DNA from: Tubiluchus corallicola
Taxonomy: Eukaryota; Animalia; Priapulida
Direction: 5' to 3'
Assembly: GCA_030141605.1 (NCBI GenBank)
Contig: JAQGDQ010000147.1
Span: 1 to 64,000, forward strand
DNA: 64,000 bases
The notes beneath the pieces were generated by a model that made no database searches, was not told the DNA's origin, and worked only from the letters and a program-made list of their open reading frames with translations. This document shows, piece by piece, positions 1 to 13,600 of the stretch. Each line of letters opens with the position of its first letter. Position 1 is the first letter of the stretch. The translations under genes and the position numbers were made by a program.

Positions 1-616
1 AAATAAAACTGTTTAGGAACAATGGCATCTCGTAGCTAAAATTAGTGAGGGTGCTGCTTTAGAAAATTTTTAGCCATTGTTTTAAAACTAAAATGAAACA
101 AAAGTGTGTAATTTTAATGTTGTAATTGTAATTTTAAACAAGCAAACGTACAAAAGTTTATACATACACTTGAGAAAATCCTAAACAAAAAGTATTTTTT
201 GCTTACTAATAGACTAAATTGTTGCATTCATGGTAAGCACGTGACAACTGACAACAAACTGTGTGAATGACAGTACTTTCTCTACCTGGGCTCGCACGTA
301 TGTGCATGGCCGCATGCGCACAGCATTGCTGTGTTGCTGGAGTGCACTGTGCTGGGCTGTGAAGCAAGTAGTACTACACCCAGTAGTACTGTGCTCTGAT
401 TTTATACAAATATAAAGAAAAAACTGAAGAAAAAAGACGTATTAAATTGAATATTACCAACAATATCGAGTGAAAATGGCAGTGCTGCAGCTCCACCTAT
501 ACATGAGCCGCCACTGTTCAGGAATAATAGTCATAACTGAATTTATAAACATGCAGAAAAATGAACCACAGAAAAGTAAGAGCTTTCACATAATTTTCAC
601 GAAGTATTTCAATTAC

Positions 617-3600
617 CTTCGCACTGCGTTTCATCTTCGTTTGGTCTGAATCCTGCTTGGCAGGTTAACCTTGGTGCACATCTAAAGGAACCTCTAGTAT
701 TAACACATCGTTCTCCCTGTGAGCACAGTGGCCGATTCGTTAAACACTCATTCAAATCTAAATGACATGAAAAAAATTTTGCAAAATGGTACTGAACAGT
801 GCATTGAATCTTGCAAATAGAACAAAAAAAGTATCGACGAAAATTAGAGTTAAAGACAAAAGACACATGCCTATTTTTTGGTAGGGTGGTAGTGTAAAAT
901 GTCGAGTGGACATCAACACATATAACAAAAGTTAATGTAATTTTCTATAGCACATGGCATTCGTACACTTTGCAGATGGTGTATTTCAGCTATAAAATCA
1001 TTCTAAACATGTAAAATATCAAATTGCTTGAAATCCAAATGAACAGGTGAGAATATGTTATAGAACAAGCGGTTTGTGGTCAGCATTTTAGATAACACAA
1101 CATAAATGGTTAGTGGATAATTTTTCGTCTGTGTAATGCGACCATGACATTTGAACTGCTGAGCTGCAGTAACACAGAAATTGAAACCTGGAATCCCAGC
1201 AAAAACTACCTTTTCCAAACACATATAATAGTCAAATAAATAGTTGATAATTCGATATTCATGGATATGGCTGGCAGTCAGTTCGGACGGGCATGAAAAA
1301 TATTAAAACTTGATTCAAATATCTCTGAAATTCGAAAATGTTGTGACGTGGTGCAGAGAAATGATCGTAAAGAAACCAAATTGCTATCATGTTACAATGC
1401 ATCACTTGCATGAGAAATTTCTAAGAACAAAAAGCAGCTAGTCATACTAGTACTCTCTGTGTTTATCTTAGCTATCGCAGCAAAAAATCTTGCATATACC
1501 TGCACCAAATTTAATAATTTATAGCTTGTTTAAAAGCTAAGTATTTGGCGAAAATGCTTTCAAAACTTTTTCTTCGATTCAAATTCGACTAGAAAGGGTT
1601 TTTACATTTGATGTGATTCAAAAGTTTTTGATTTAGGTTCAGTTTCAAACAGAATACAATGTCTCGACGGTACGGCCACTTTGAGGAGGATTGGTTTTGG
1701 ATGTTATGTTTATTAATTCAAAGGGTTTTGCTAGGTTCTCCTAGCATATTTGACTGTTTGTTGTTTGAGGTCTTGCTTTCAGTTTTCTTCAATTTATGCC
1801 TTTGCAGAATTTCCAATTTCCTCAGTTAATTCCACAACTCTAATCTAATGCACATCTTCACTAATGCACCAACACTATTTTACTAAACATGTTAGCTTAC
1901 CCGTAAATTCATACCTTCGCAATACTGACCGTCTTTGCTTGGTTCAAACCCTGGAGGACACGACAAGGAATTCTGCTCCTGCTCTCTACATACGTACGAA
2001 CCCTCTGTGTTGATACAGTGCTGCCCCCTACGGCGATCACAAATGTCAGGCTGCTCTGTGCATTCATTAATGTCTATAAATAAAACACGTGGAATTTGAA
2101 ATAACGACATTCTAATGACATCATAAATATGTTGAAAGATTTCATTTTGATTAACGGTATTGTTGAAATGACAAAAAAATTCTTCAAAAACAAAGAACAA
2201 AAATGAAACGGTAAGCCTTCACATTAAACCATTATTTACGGTTGACAATGTTTTCATATTTTAGGTGCAAAAAACAGAAAAATCTGACGCCACGTTCAGT
2301 ATGCCACATCTTTGCAAGGGACATCGATCTAAGTTTCCTTTCAAATTTTTACACAAAACTTAATTGAACATCACCATCATCATCATCATCATCATCATCA
2401 TAATTAATCAGTACGGTTATTTACTTACCTTCACAATCTGCGCCATCAGCACTGAGCTTGAATCCGGTTCGGCACCTCCGCAAAGCCGCCGTGCACGAGA
2501 ACGTACCTTCCCGATTCACGCACTGCTGCCCACTTCCGCAGACACCCGGCTGCTCTTCGCATTCATTAATGTCTGCATAAAGTAAGAAAATCTTCCTAAT
2601 TTTATAAAGTAGTATGCAGTATAAAGTAGCAAACTAAATGCATACACATACCACAAAAGCATTGATAACTAGCAAAGTGGACATTGTACCTAACCCACGA
2701 CACAATTTTTGAGAGACCTATTACTACCGAAAAATTGCACAGTTTTCCTTCAAATGCTGGAAAGTCTTTGACCAAATGCACTATGTCAGAAGAATAGTTG
2801 TTTGTCAAGTGTCTGAACACGTGACCTCCTATCAGCGCTTAGATTTCAAGTAGACAGTTACATTTTGGGCATAATCTTAAACATTCAAACAAAAAAGCTT
2901 GAAAAAATCATTTAAGAACAAATTATTCTGACTCAGATTTTCTTCTTGCAGTGCAGTTTTTTTGTGGCATAGTACCCACTAAAAATTCATGTCTAGACAA
3001 ATATTAAATTTCTATAACATAATTATATACATTAGTTTCTTGAGCATGCTAATGCTTGTGAAAAGCCTCATGTGCAAATGTTGTAAACGTTACTGTCTAG
3101 CCACCTAAATTAGTTTTACTACTTTTTCTGTTTTAAGACAAATAGATGTGACATCCACCAATTTATAACAGATGAACACTTTCGAGCAAACTTCTGAAAG
3201 TGACCTCTATTCAGAACTTTTAGCTGAATGCATAAAAGAATAAAAAAAATATTGAGAAAGTGCAAATGTAATAAATACTTCTTGAGCATAGCTGCTAATA
3301 TAATTCACACCTGTATTACTCGCATAATGTGCAAAATTACTGTTATAAATCTAAGGTCAAAATGCATTGTTAGTGATCTGTAATTAAGACAAAGTCCTAA
3401 TGCTCCTCCCAAAGAACTATGTCTATGCTGAAACAAAAATTCTTAGTACTAAAATAAAAACAATATTGTTTCAGGAAAAAGCATTTCATAATATGTAAAC
3501 CAACACTAAAGGTCCAGTAAAACAAATTTCTCATTACAGAACTACGAAATGTTTGTCGTTACCTAGACAGTCTCTTCCTGTTTCGTCCATTCGGAATCCG

Positions 3601-6600
3601 GGATAGCAGCGTATTTTATCCCTGCACATGTATGATCCGTGAGTGTTGTAACAATCTTGATTGCGACGGCAATCTGATGTCCCTTCAGTACATTCATCAA
3701 TATCTATGGTTTCAAACATCATAATAATAACCATAACAACAACAACAACAACAACAACAACTACAATAACAATGGCAATGACGACAACAATAACAATAGA
3801 TAGAATGTTTGCAGGAAATTATTTGCAGCCCACTAATTTCAAGGCATTAATATACAGACAATATCCCACAAATTACTATATTTGCAAAATTAACCATTAT
3901 AAATTTTAACAAATAAACAATATTATACTTGATGCAACTAGCGCCTTCCCTATTTATCTTTTAATCCAGTTGATCTAGAATTTTAACAGAAAGATCCCAG
4001 ACTTGACTTAAAACTTGACAGCAAGGACTTGAGACTTAACTTAGGACTTAAAAAGAAAAAAATTAAAATCTTGTTTAGCGAAGGACGCAAGTTTTGACTT
4101 GCAAACTGAACTGAAATACTCGACAGGTTGAATTAGGACAGAGTTGAAGCTGAAGGACTTGGGAGTTGGGACTTGACTAAAAATTTGAACTGAAGAGTCT
4201 GAAACTTGGCTCGGACATTGAATAAAATAGACTTAGCCCGGGATTTGAAATGAAAATCATTTGGACTTGAGATTTTTAGACTTGAGACTTGAACTGAAAG
4301 GTCTATGTAAGACACAAATTGATAAGTTTCCAACTAAACTTGAGACTTAGTGTTAACGATTCTGGAATTAGACAAGAGAACTGCTAATTCTCACTTGGGT
4401 CTTCATTTCAGATTAGTTAAAATAAACTTACCGGGACTTCAGTCCAATCTTTAGACGCTACATTAAAACTTAGTTACGAAAAACAATTTCTTGTCTCACC
4501 TATGCATAAAGTTCCGTCCTGATTTTTGACAAACCCCTCCTCACAGTTAAGTGGATCTTGGCAGGTATACGACCCTCTAGTGTTGATACACCTCTGCCCA
4601 CTTTTACATGGCTGTGACAAACACTCGTCAATATCTGCAACAATAAACAAGTGCAATAAACATGTAGGCCTATTTAGCAAAATAGGTATTCAGAAGACAC
4701 ACTGCTATCAATATCGTCATTTGCGCTGGAAATTTGGCATATTGGCGTCCACTTGTCTTATGCTTTGGCCACCTTGTGGCGATTTTAGGTCTGATCACAT
4801 GATCAGTTTGATCTGGTTCAGTGGTCGACTGAATTTTGTTAACTCAAGACGTGTTATAATGAGTTAAAATATATTTACTTTATGCATCTAAAATGGTCAT
4901 GATTTAGAGCTAATAACATATGTATATTCTTTAATCACGTTAAAAATTAGTTATTTAGTTAAATTACATATGAGCTATAAATTACAATGCTGCAGTGCAA
5001 AACTGCTAAATTATGTATAAGTGATCTGTTGGCTAAATTTTTTTGGTATAATTTTTTATTGTTTAGTTGGAATGTCACGTTTTGGAATAAAGGAGAAGAA
5101 ACACAGAGTGAAATTTAATAATGAAGGCATCGAATGTGTATTTGATCTTAAAAACCCAAACGTCATTGTAATGAATATTTTAATTATAGGACATGGTATG
5201 TCAAGATATACAGAAGGTTACATACTGAAGTTGTTTTTATAGAAAGATTTCATTTAATGACTACACAAAAGCTACTGAAAACTGCAAGGTAATCGTCAAA
5301 CAACTGTCAATGCTGAAATGGGTTCAACAATAGCAAAAACTAGGTTTTTGATGTAAATGTGCCCAAAATGTGGAAGAAATAGGGGTACTTAAACTTGTTG
5401 TACATCTATTTCTGCACAATGCACAAAATTACTGCTTATGGGCAAAAATAAAATGTTTCAACCAAAACTCTACAAAAATTTAGCATTGTCAAAGCATTCC
5501 TTGCTTACTGTCAACTTAAGATGAGATAACATTCCAAAAATTGTAGACTACGAAATCTTTTTATCAGCTACAGCAGGGGTGTGCAAATTATCTGACTAGC
5601 CGGGCCACATTAAACATTCCCGCAATTCCTGTGGGCCACATGCAGTTTGGTCAAGGAGCCAAGTACAGTAGGACCTAATAACGATTTTTTTGCATCCGAT
5701 TTGCGCACATCATTACTATTTGCGTAATTCAAACTATTTTAGAAGTTATTAAAATTTATATTAAAAACCATATATTTCTACTTTCATTTCAGATAGTGGT
5801 AATTTCATTACAATGCATGTTAGTACTGTGTATCACACCGTCTGTGTAGTACAGTGCATATTAATCTGTCTTGTCTCGCTGTTCTTCTTCAATCTTCCTC
5901 TTTTTCTTATCCATGATTCTGATCTAATAGAACTCTACATCTGATGAAACAATGAAATAGCCACTGATCCAGGCTTGTACTACTGAGCCAAGCTGAAACT
6001 CAAATCTGGGAATCCCGCTATATCAGGGGTGACCACACTTTTTCAGCTTGCTGGCTACTTACAAATTAGTCTGCCCAGTCGTGCTTTTGGTCATAGTAGA
6101 TAGATAATTTTGACTTGGCTAGTTTATAATTTTATTTATAATTTATTTTGTAAAATAACCAAGTCAAAATGTTCTACTTGCTATGAACAAGAAGACGACT
6201 GGACAGATCAACAGGCCCAATAATAGAAGCCTAGAGATTGGCTAATTGTCTTCCTACCAGCCAATCACATTGCTTCTTGCATTTCTTGCTCATTTGAGCG
6301 TTTGAATGACGGCTTCTGTGATAGTTTGCTGTGTTCTGTGATTACATCGTTTTTTGTGTTCCAAGTTAGCAAAGTTAAATTTCGTCATGTCCGACAGTGA
6401 CATTAAGTGACAACCGTCTTGTAAGGGTTAATGCCATCCGATCTAGAGAAAAAAACTACCCGCACTATCTTTGTGATACTGACGTGGACTTCAGCTGGAT
6501 CACATGGGTCGAACTTTCATTACGATGACAATCCTCTTCGGGGCCACACAAGATCTCTTGGCGGGCCGCAGTTTGCACACCCCTGAGCTACAGTTATAGT

Positions 6601-9600
6601 TGCTTTAGCCAGTGTAATAATTTAGAGTTTTAAACAATCATTTAGAACAATCTGCCTAATTGCTTTTTTCCTCCTTTAATTACATAGTAATTTTAAAAAT
6701 TTCCATCCATCTCTGGCTTACTGGAAAATGGACAAAAAGTTCGGTTGCACTTGTAGAGTATGACACTATGGGGTCATGCCAAGCACGCAATAGGGTGAAA
6801 TGTACTGTACACACCAATGCATTCCGTTCCATCTTGGTTCATTTCCATTCCTGGATGACACCTCATTTTGTCGCGACAGATATATGAGCCGTGAGTGTTG
6901 TGGCAGAGTTGATTACGCTTGCACGTGTTGCTCCTCAACTCACATTCGTCAATGTCTGAATTGAAAACAAATAAAAACAGGCATCAATATACAAAACAAT
7001 AATTGAACAACTGCTTCACTCTATTCATCTTGGCTAACACTTACAATGTGCTTACAGGATCCCATTTGCACCACTGGTTATAACACAAACAGTTAAAGCA
7101 CAAAAACACTCTTCATAAATAAATTTAAAGAAGATTGTATTGAAATTTTATGTCACTTTTACTTTACTTTACTTTTGTTTTACTTTACCCTATAACGTTT
7201 GCAAATTTTAACTCCTGCGATGCCTGTTAGGTGCAGCCATTTTAACAGTAAGTAAACAAGTTTAAATAACAATGCGTAAAGTATAAAAAAATAACTAGAA
7301 CCCGTAGCACAAGCTAAGCAAATGCATAAATTACTTTATTTTGTTAGTGGAATCAATAATGTATTTTGGTGAATCAGTGGTATGCGTTGGGATGGCGATG
7401 CAGTGCTGTTTTAACAGGTGAAACAAAAATTTTAAATTATTAAGAATTTTCTTTTCAGTTATGTAAGCCTTTAAAACAGGTAAGCAGAAGTCAAGTAATA
7501 TAACTTTGTATGTAAAGTTCTTTGATATGCACCGTTTTCTTCCCCTTTAACTTAAAAATGTAGCACCTGGTCTGACTGTCTAGCGTCTGTGGACTGTATC
7601 TACAAGTTGAGAGGGTGCACTGTAGTGTTGCACTAGTTGAGTTCATTTGGATGAAATGAGTAGTAAAATGAAATCACACTTTACTTTAGCAATGTGTTTT
7701 ACTTGCTGGATGCTTGGGCTTCCTTAAATTTTAGTGGATCACGTAACCAAACCAAGTATTTTCCACAGCAAGAAAAAAATTTCCGCCCATTGCTGCCTGT
7801 TACAAAATTGCATGCACAAATATAACAAGTGAAATCATCGTTAAGCCAGTTACCAACACAGTTTCCCGAATCGTCAGCTACCAAACCGGGACTGCAGTCG
7901 ACTTCCTCGCAAGTCCCAGTTCGCGGATCCAGCTTAAGTCCCGTCTCACATGTCTTCATGATGCAACGAAAGCTCCCTCTAGTGTTGAAACATTCGTACG
8001 GCAATACACAGTTGTGAGTGCCGTACAGACATTCATCATCATCTTCATAAAAAAGTGCAGTTTTTTCTAATTCAAATTCACTGATTAAAACATTAAAACA
8101 AAAGCTCATCAATAATAATGGTTTTCATAGGGGAAATGTTTAATGTCTGCAAAGAAATACCCATTTCAAATTAACAATTATAAAGCAGTCAACCTATCCA
8201 TAAAGTGTTGACATTCACCTTTTAGTAGGAATCTATTAAAAATTGTTCAAGCAAATAACTTTTCAGGATTTTACTTAACAATCTTAATGTAAAATAATGA
8301 AATTCATAAAAAAAACTAAAAAAAAACTATCTTATGTATAATAGCAACAATTTTTTTACAGTCAAACCTGCCTCTCATGGATCTTGCTAAACAAGACTTC
8401 CTCTTAACTTGGCTCATGGTGATTTCTTTGAAGAAGAGTAGTGTTAACTTTCATTTAACTAAGCAAGTCAGTCGGCATAAAAACTGATCTAAACTGATCT
8501 TAGACTCCTGTGACGGAGCGCATATAAAAATAGTCCCATACCTACGCATTCTTGAGTACGTACATCAAGAGTGTAGCCTGTGCCACAATTCATGCTACGT
8601 ACACAAGTATACGATCCCACAGTATTCTCACATCTCATGCCCTCCGGACAAATGCTCCTTGATTTTGCACATTCATTTATATCTGCAAACCAGAATGGGT
8701 ACAGTTAGAACACATATTGTTTTGGATGTGTTTGGCAGAAATGGCTCCATGCATGTACTTCTTAAAATTGTCAACCATAAAGTGTCAGCTTGCTGTTTTT
8801 ATTAGTGACTTTAGAAATTATAAGAAATACTTAAAAAATAGATCAAATATCAAATCCAACTGATACGTTGTTGAACTATTTTTCTATTAAAAACAACACA
8901 TTCTTACCTACACAGGACCTAGATTTCGTATCATACTCAAGACCATGCTGGCAGGACAGGGTCAGCTGAGCACGTTTTTGCACACACTGGTAGCTGCCAA
9001 CAGTGTTACGACACTCTTGCAGGTCAGCATGACAATAATGCCGTCCAGTGGTACATTCATCCAAATCTGAAATTAAACCTTGATTGATAAAACAACTGTT
9101 TTCAGAAGCCAACTGCAATGATGTTATTGTAACTGCATTGTTACTGCACTCGCAAGTGGCAAATCTTAAAATTTTTACAAAGTTGAGACGAATAATAACA
9201 AATGCGGTCAATAGAAAAACACTTTATAATTTCAGATGTATACATGCAACAAGCTAAAGAATATTACATAGTGTAAATAAATAAAATATTTTTTAGAGTG
9301 ACAGCAGTCATAGAACATGCAGACTAATGTAAAAACTTATTTTTTATCAAGCTTCAAAATCTCTAAGAAAGTATAGAAAACTGCTTAGAAAAGTTACAGA
9401 AAAAGCTTAAACTTTTACACTGTGCCCTGTTACAGAATAGCTGGTTTCACAAATATAAAATCTGTCACAATAATGGCTGTATAATGTTTGCAGTTAAGTG
9501 AATAAACTCATTTGCTTGATGAAAACTTAATAGAGGATCTAAGTAAAAGAAAGTGCAAAATGTCTGACAGCATTCAACAAATCATAAATTAGTTTATAAA

Positions 9601-10656
9601 CCTCCACAGAGAAAACTGTCAAACAAACAAGAAGAACTTGATCCCTCATCAGTACATTTTATTCATAGATATTTGTGAATACGCCCAACGTGTATCAAAG
9701 GAGAAAGACCAAATTAAAAACTTGAAGCACATCACAAAAACAACTATCTTTACTAAACTGAAAAACCACAAAAACGCCAAATGGTATTTAAGCAAGGTTG
9801 TCAGTGAGTTGTGACATTTACCTTCGAGACTCTTGTCTATGAAATTTGTCCTACAGAAGTCGCTTTTGCAACTGGATATGAAAAACTGATACAAAACAAG
9901 AATGCATAGAAAAGCTAACATACTACTAAAAGAAAAGTCCAACTAGACACAAGAAATTGGCTCAAAAATGACGTAAAGATGAGCAAAATTGCTATTATTA
10001 TAATAGCAGTTTCTATAATAATTATTATAAAGACCAGAAAACAGCAGAAGCTGAAAAAAGGTAATGGAATAGATAAACAGCACATAGCATTAGTTAACAA
10101 AAGTCAACTTCGAGACTGAAAGTTGACGCTGAATAGTGGTACCCAACCAGCCAAGCTACTACTAAAATGGGGAACAGAGAAGTCAAAAACTTGGGAAACA
10201 GAAATCCATAATGACAAAATGTAAGAAATGTATATATGTGATCAAAATGAAGGCGGTCATTATAATGGTAAAAGACAAATCAAATTTAAGGCAGCAGTTG
10301 TGAATGTTTATCTCTGTTAGCAAAAGTTTATCTCTGTAAGCAAAACATACCCAAAGTTTTCACCTGTGTTTAGCTTACCTACACAAGATCTAGTATCGTG
10401 ATCATAAATGAAGCCCTCCTCGCAGCTCATCCTAAACTGCTTGGCCTGACATCTATAACTTCCTACGGTGTTAATGCAAACCTAAGAAAATTGAAAACCA
10501 CTAAAGAAAATACCTGCACACCATAGATTAGAGTTTTTCCCTAAATCAACAAATTCTATTCAACAAAATAGAATAATGTATCTATGTGTAACAATAAACA
10601 ATTCTGCCTTTTCACTATAAGTAAATTTTTTTACAAAGATAATTTTGTTCACAATA

Positions 10657-10693
<37 letters not shown>

Positions 10694-13600
10694 TTGTGTG
10701 TGGTGTGTGTGTGATAGATATAGATATAGTTTTTATATTCTCTATCTTGCTTGTACATGCAGCAAAATTGTTAAGTGGCTTTAATTCTTATCTTGTTCAG
10801 CTTCAAGAGGAGCGTTGACAAAACTTTCTGTCACTAGCAAATATAAATTTTGTAATTTGTGAACCCCTGTTGTTATTTTGCAGCTTTCAACTGTGGTTTC
10901 TGACCCAGAGTGGCTGCTGGCCTTGTTTTGGACGATTTGCGTTAAAAATAAACTAGTTACGAATAACTATTAATAGACCTATAAGCATTTTATGTCAGTG
11001 GTCTACAAAACAAATGTTTCCCTTCCAGACAATTAGGTTTTAATCTGGATCACAATTTGTTTCCAGCCAAAAGTAAAACTCTGCATCAAATGTAAAGTCC
11101 TCGTACTGACCAAACAGTAGCCAATAAAATGTTTTAACCCTCAACAAAACATTTCTGCAATTTGTGTTTGCTAGTGTTATTTAATAATGTACTTTTCTGA
11201 AAATTAAAACAATACAGCGCATTATTGTTTTGTAGAAAAGACGAAAAATTGATGTAAGCAAACAGCATTTCAAAAACATGAAAAAAATATATGTGCAGCA
11301 CCTTACCATGTCCAAGACAGGCATTTACAAACAATAAAGCCACATGCATAATTATTATAAATCGTTTGCATAAAATTTGAGCAACAATTATTGTATTTCA
11401 GTTTAACTAACATTTTTACCTGATTTTGTGTATTGCACTGATGTAAGCCTTCTGAACACTCATTTATATCTGAATGAATAAATAAGAAACCAATCATAAC
11501 AAAATAAACAAAAAATCATCACTTGATAATAGAAGCACTATTTTGGCTGTGATAACTCATGTAACATCGTTTGCTTTCACTTTTCACAATTGAAATAGAA
11601 AAGAAAAGTTAATTATTTACTGTCAATTTCAAGATCACGGATTAATGACCAAATGAAACCAAACAGTAACCCACAAAGTCCTTTGTTCAAATCTGGGCTA
11701 TCCAACTTTTTCACATTTCCTTCTTTAACTTAAATTCGACTATAAGAAATCAATAGTTGTCCGAAAAATACGGTTCATTTTCAAATAATACTCTGCACCG
11801 AAATTAAAAGTGTTTTTGCATTTGAACAATTGAAAATGTGCAAGCAGTAGAACAACTGCACTACTCTTCAAATGGCACATCAAATTTGTAAAAAAACACA
11901 CACTTCTAAACTAAAGGCACATTCTGACTGCTATATTACTAATACAAATTATCAAAAAGTTATCTAAGTTATCCAGCTGCAGTGACATAAATAGTAAACC
12001 TCTCAGGAAGGTTAAATTGTTAATAATTATATTCTAAGAGATGTTTCAGGGTGTCTGATGGTGAAGAAGCAATTTTTTACAAGTGCATGATTTCTGATCT
12101 TTACAAGACTACCTAATTGGCAACAAAATGCTGTTACCTATACACTGCCCTCTACGCTCTTGCAGACCCGTTTGACATCGAGGTCTAGCTTCAGGAGGTA
12201 CGCAGTCGTAACCTCCAATAGTATTGACACAGGTAGACTCAACAGCACAGATGTACGAGCCATCAGTGCATTCATCCACATCTGTACAAATAACAAGTGA
12301 GAATAACCAAAAAGGCTTGCTAAGGCAGCGATAAACATGCCAATTATGAACAATTTCATATTAATGTATGTATGGACACATGCTAAAAAATTCAGAACTG
12401 TTATAAGTAATTATTCTACGTTGCAAAGTATAACCAATGCTATAAGCCTAACACATTTTACTCAAAGATTCGCTGAAACCCTTGTAAAATACAACGATAG
12501 TTAAGCAAGATTCTATACTTCACAGCATCTGCCATTTCTTGAACAGCCCCTGTGAATTTGTTGATCTTTATTATCATATGTACAATAAAATATAAATTGT
12601 AAGATTTTTCATCTGATCGAATAATGTCACAAGTTTATAGCAGTAAGTGAAAAGCCAAATACGAAATTACGAATACTTCAAGCTCACCTACGCAACTGTA
12701 TGTATCGCTCCCAAGCTTGTAGCCCTTCTCACAGCTACAGCGGATGACCCCCTGCGAATCGTCGCATCGGTGTGAACATGGATTGAACTTCGAACACAAC
12801 TCTCGTCTTGCTGGTGAAACTGCAAACATGTTTAACAAGTAACAAATTAGTACATGTATTTGTATAGTATACATGTATAATACGTGTATTTTCTTTACTC
12901 TGGATTTCTTAATTATATAGCAAATGTCATTATTTTAAAAATTATTAACGTTTTCTAAATTAAACTGATAACATTAATGCCCACCAGCGTCTAAAAATCA
13001 TTTTATCCAAACTCGGTAAAAGATAGCAAACTAGGTGTCTATAGTCTTTTTGCTATATTTTCTCTAGTTCTAGATCGATCTATTAATTTTAACCCTTCTT
13101 TAAAACTTACTAGCGATTCCTTTATTAATCATGTTTTATTGTAGTATTATAAAGAGATAAAAAATTAAAAAAAATTGCTATTTTAACAATGTTTATACAG
13201 AGCCATTTGAAAAAATGAATTTGAACAATAAAAACGAGTTTCTGCCAAATTACGTTCCCTTTTTGAAGTAAGATTGTTCAAACTGTTGAGTAGTAATGAA
13301 TTACAGACAAGCGAAAGACAAATTTGTAATTTATTTACCATTTGTTCGTTTAAGAAAAAAAAGTTGGTGCAAAGTTGTTTAGCAACATGAATTGGTGAAG
13401 TTATTCACAATAGTGCAGGAAAGCCTATCACAGCATTAAATTAACTATACACTGATAATGCAGTCACAAAATCTTATCAAGAAACTGCGATATTTGAGCA
13501 AAGCCACTGTATGGAATGTTAATAAATTAACCTAATTATGGCACAAAACATATCCTGCAGTGAGTTATATGGAACTGACTGGATGGCAGAGTTTTGCTCT

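Noticed and set aside
5941-5975. CTGATGA...GAAA as a hammerhead ribozyme core (similar case near 4190)
   Set aside because: Could not build stems I-III around the core
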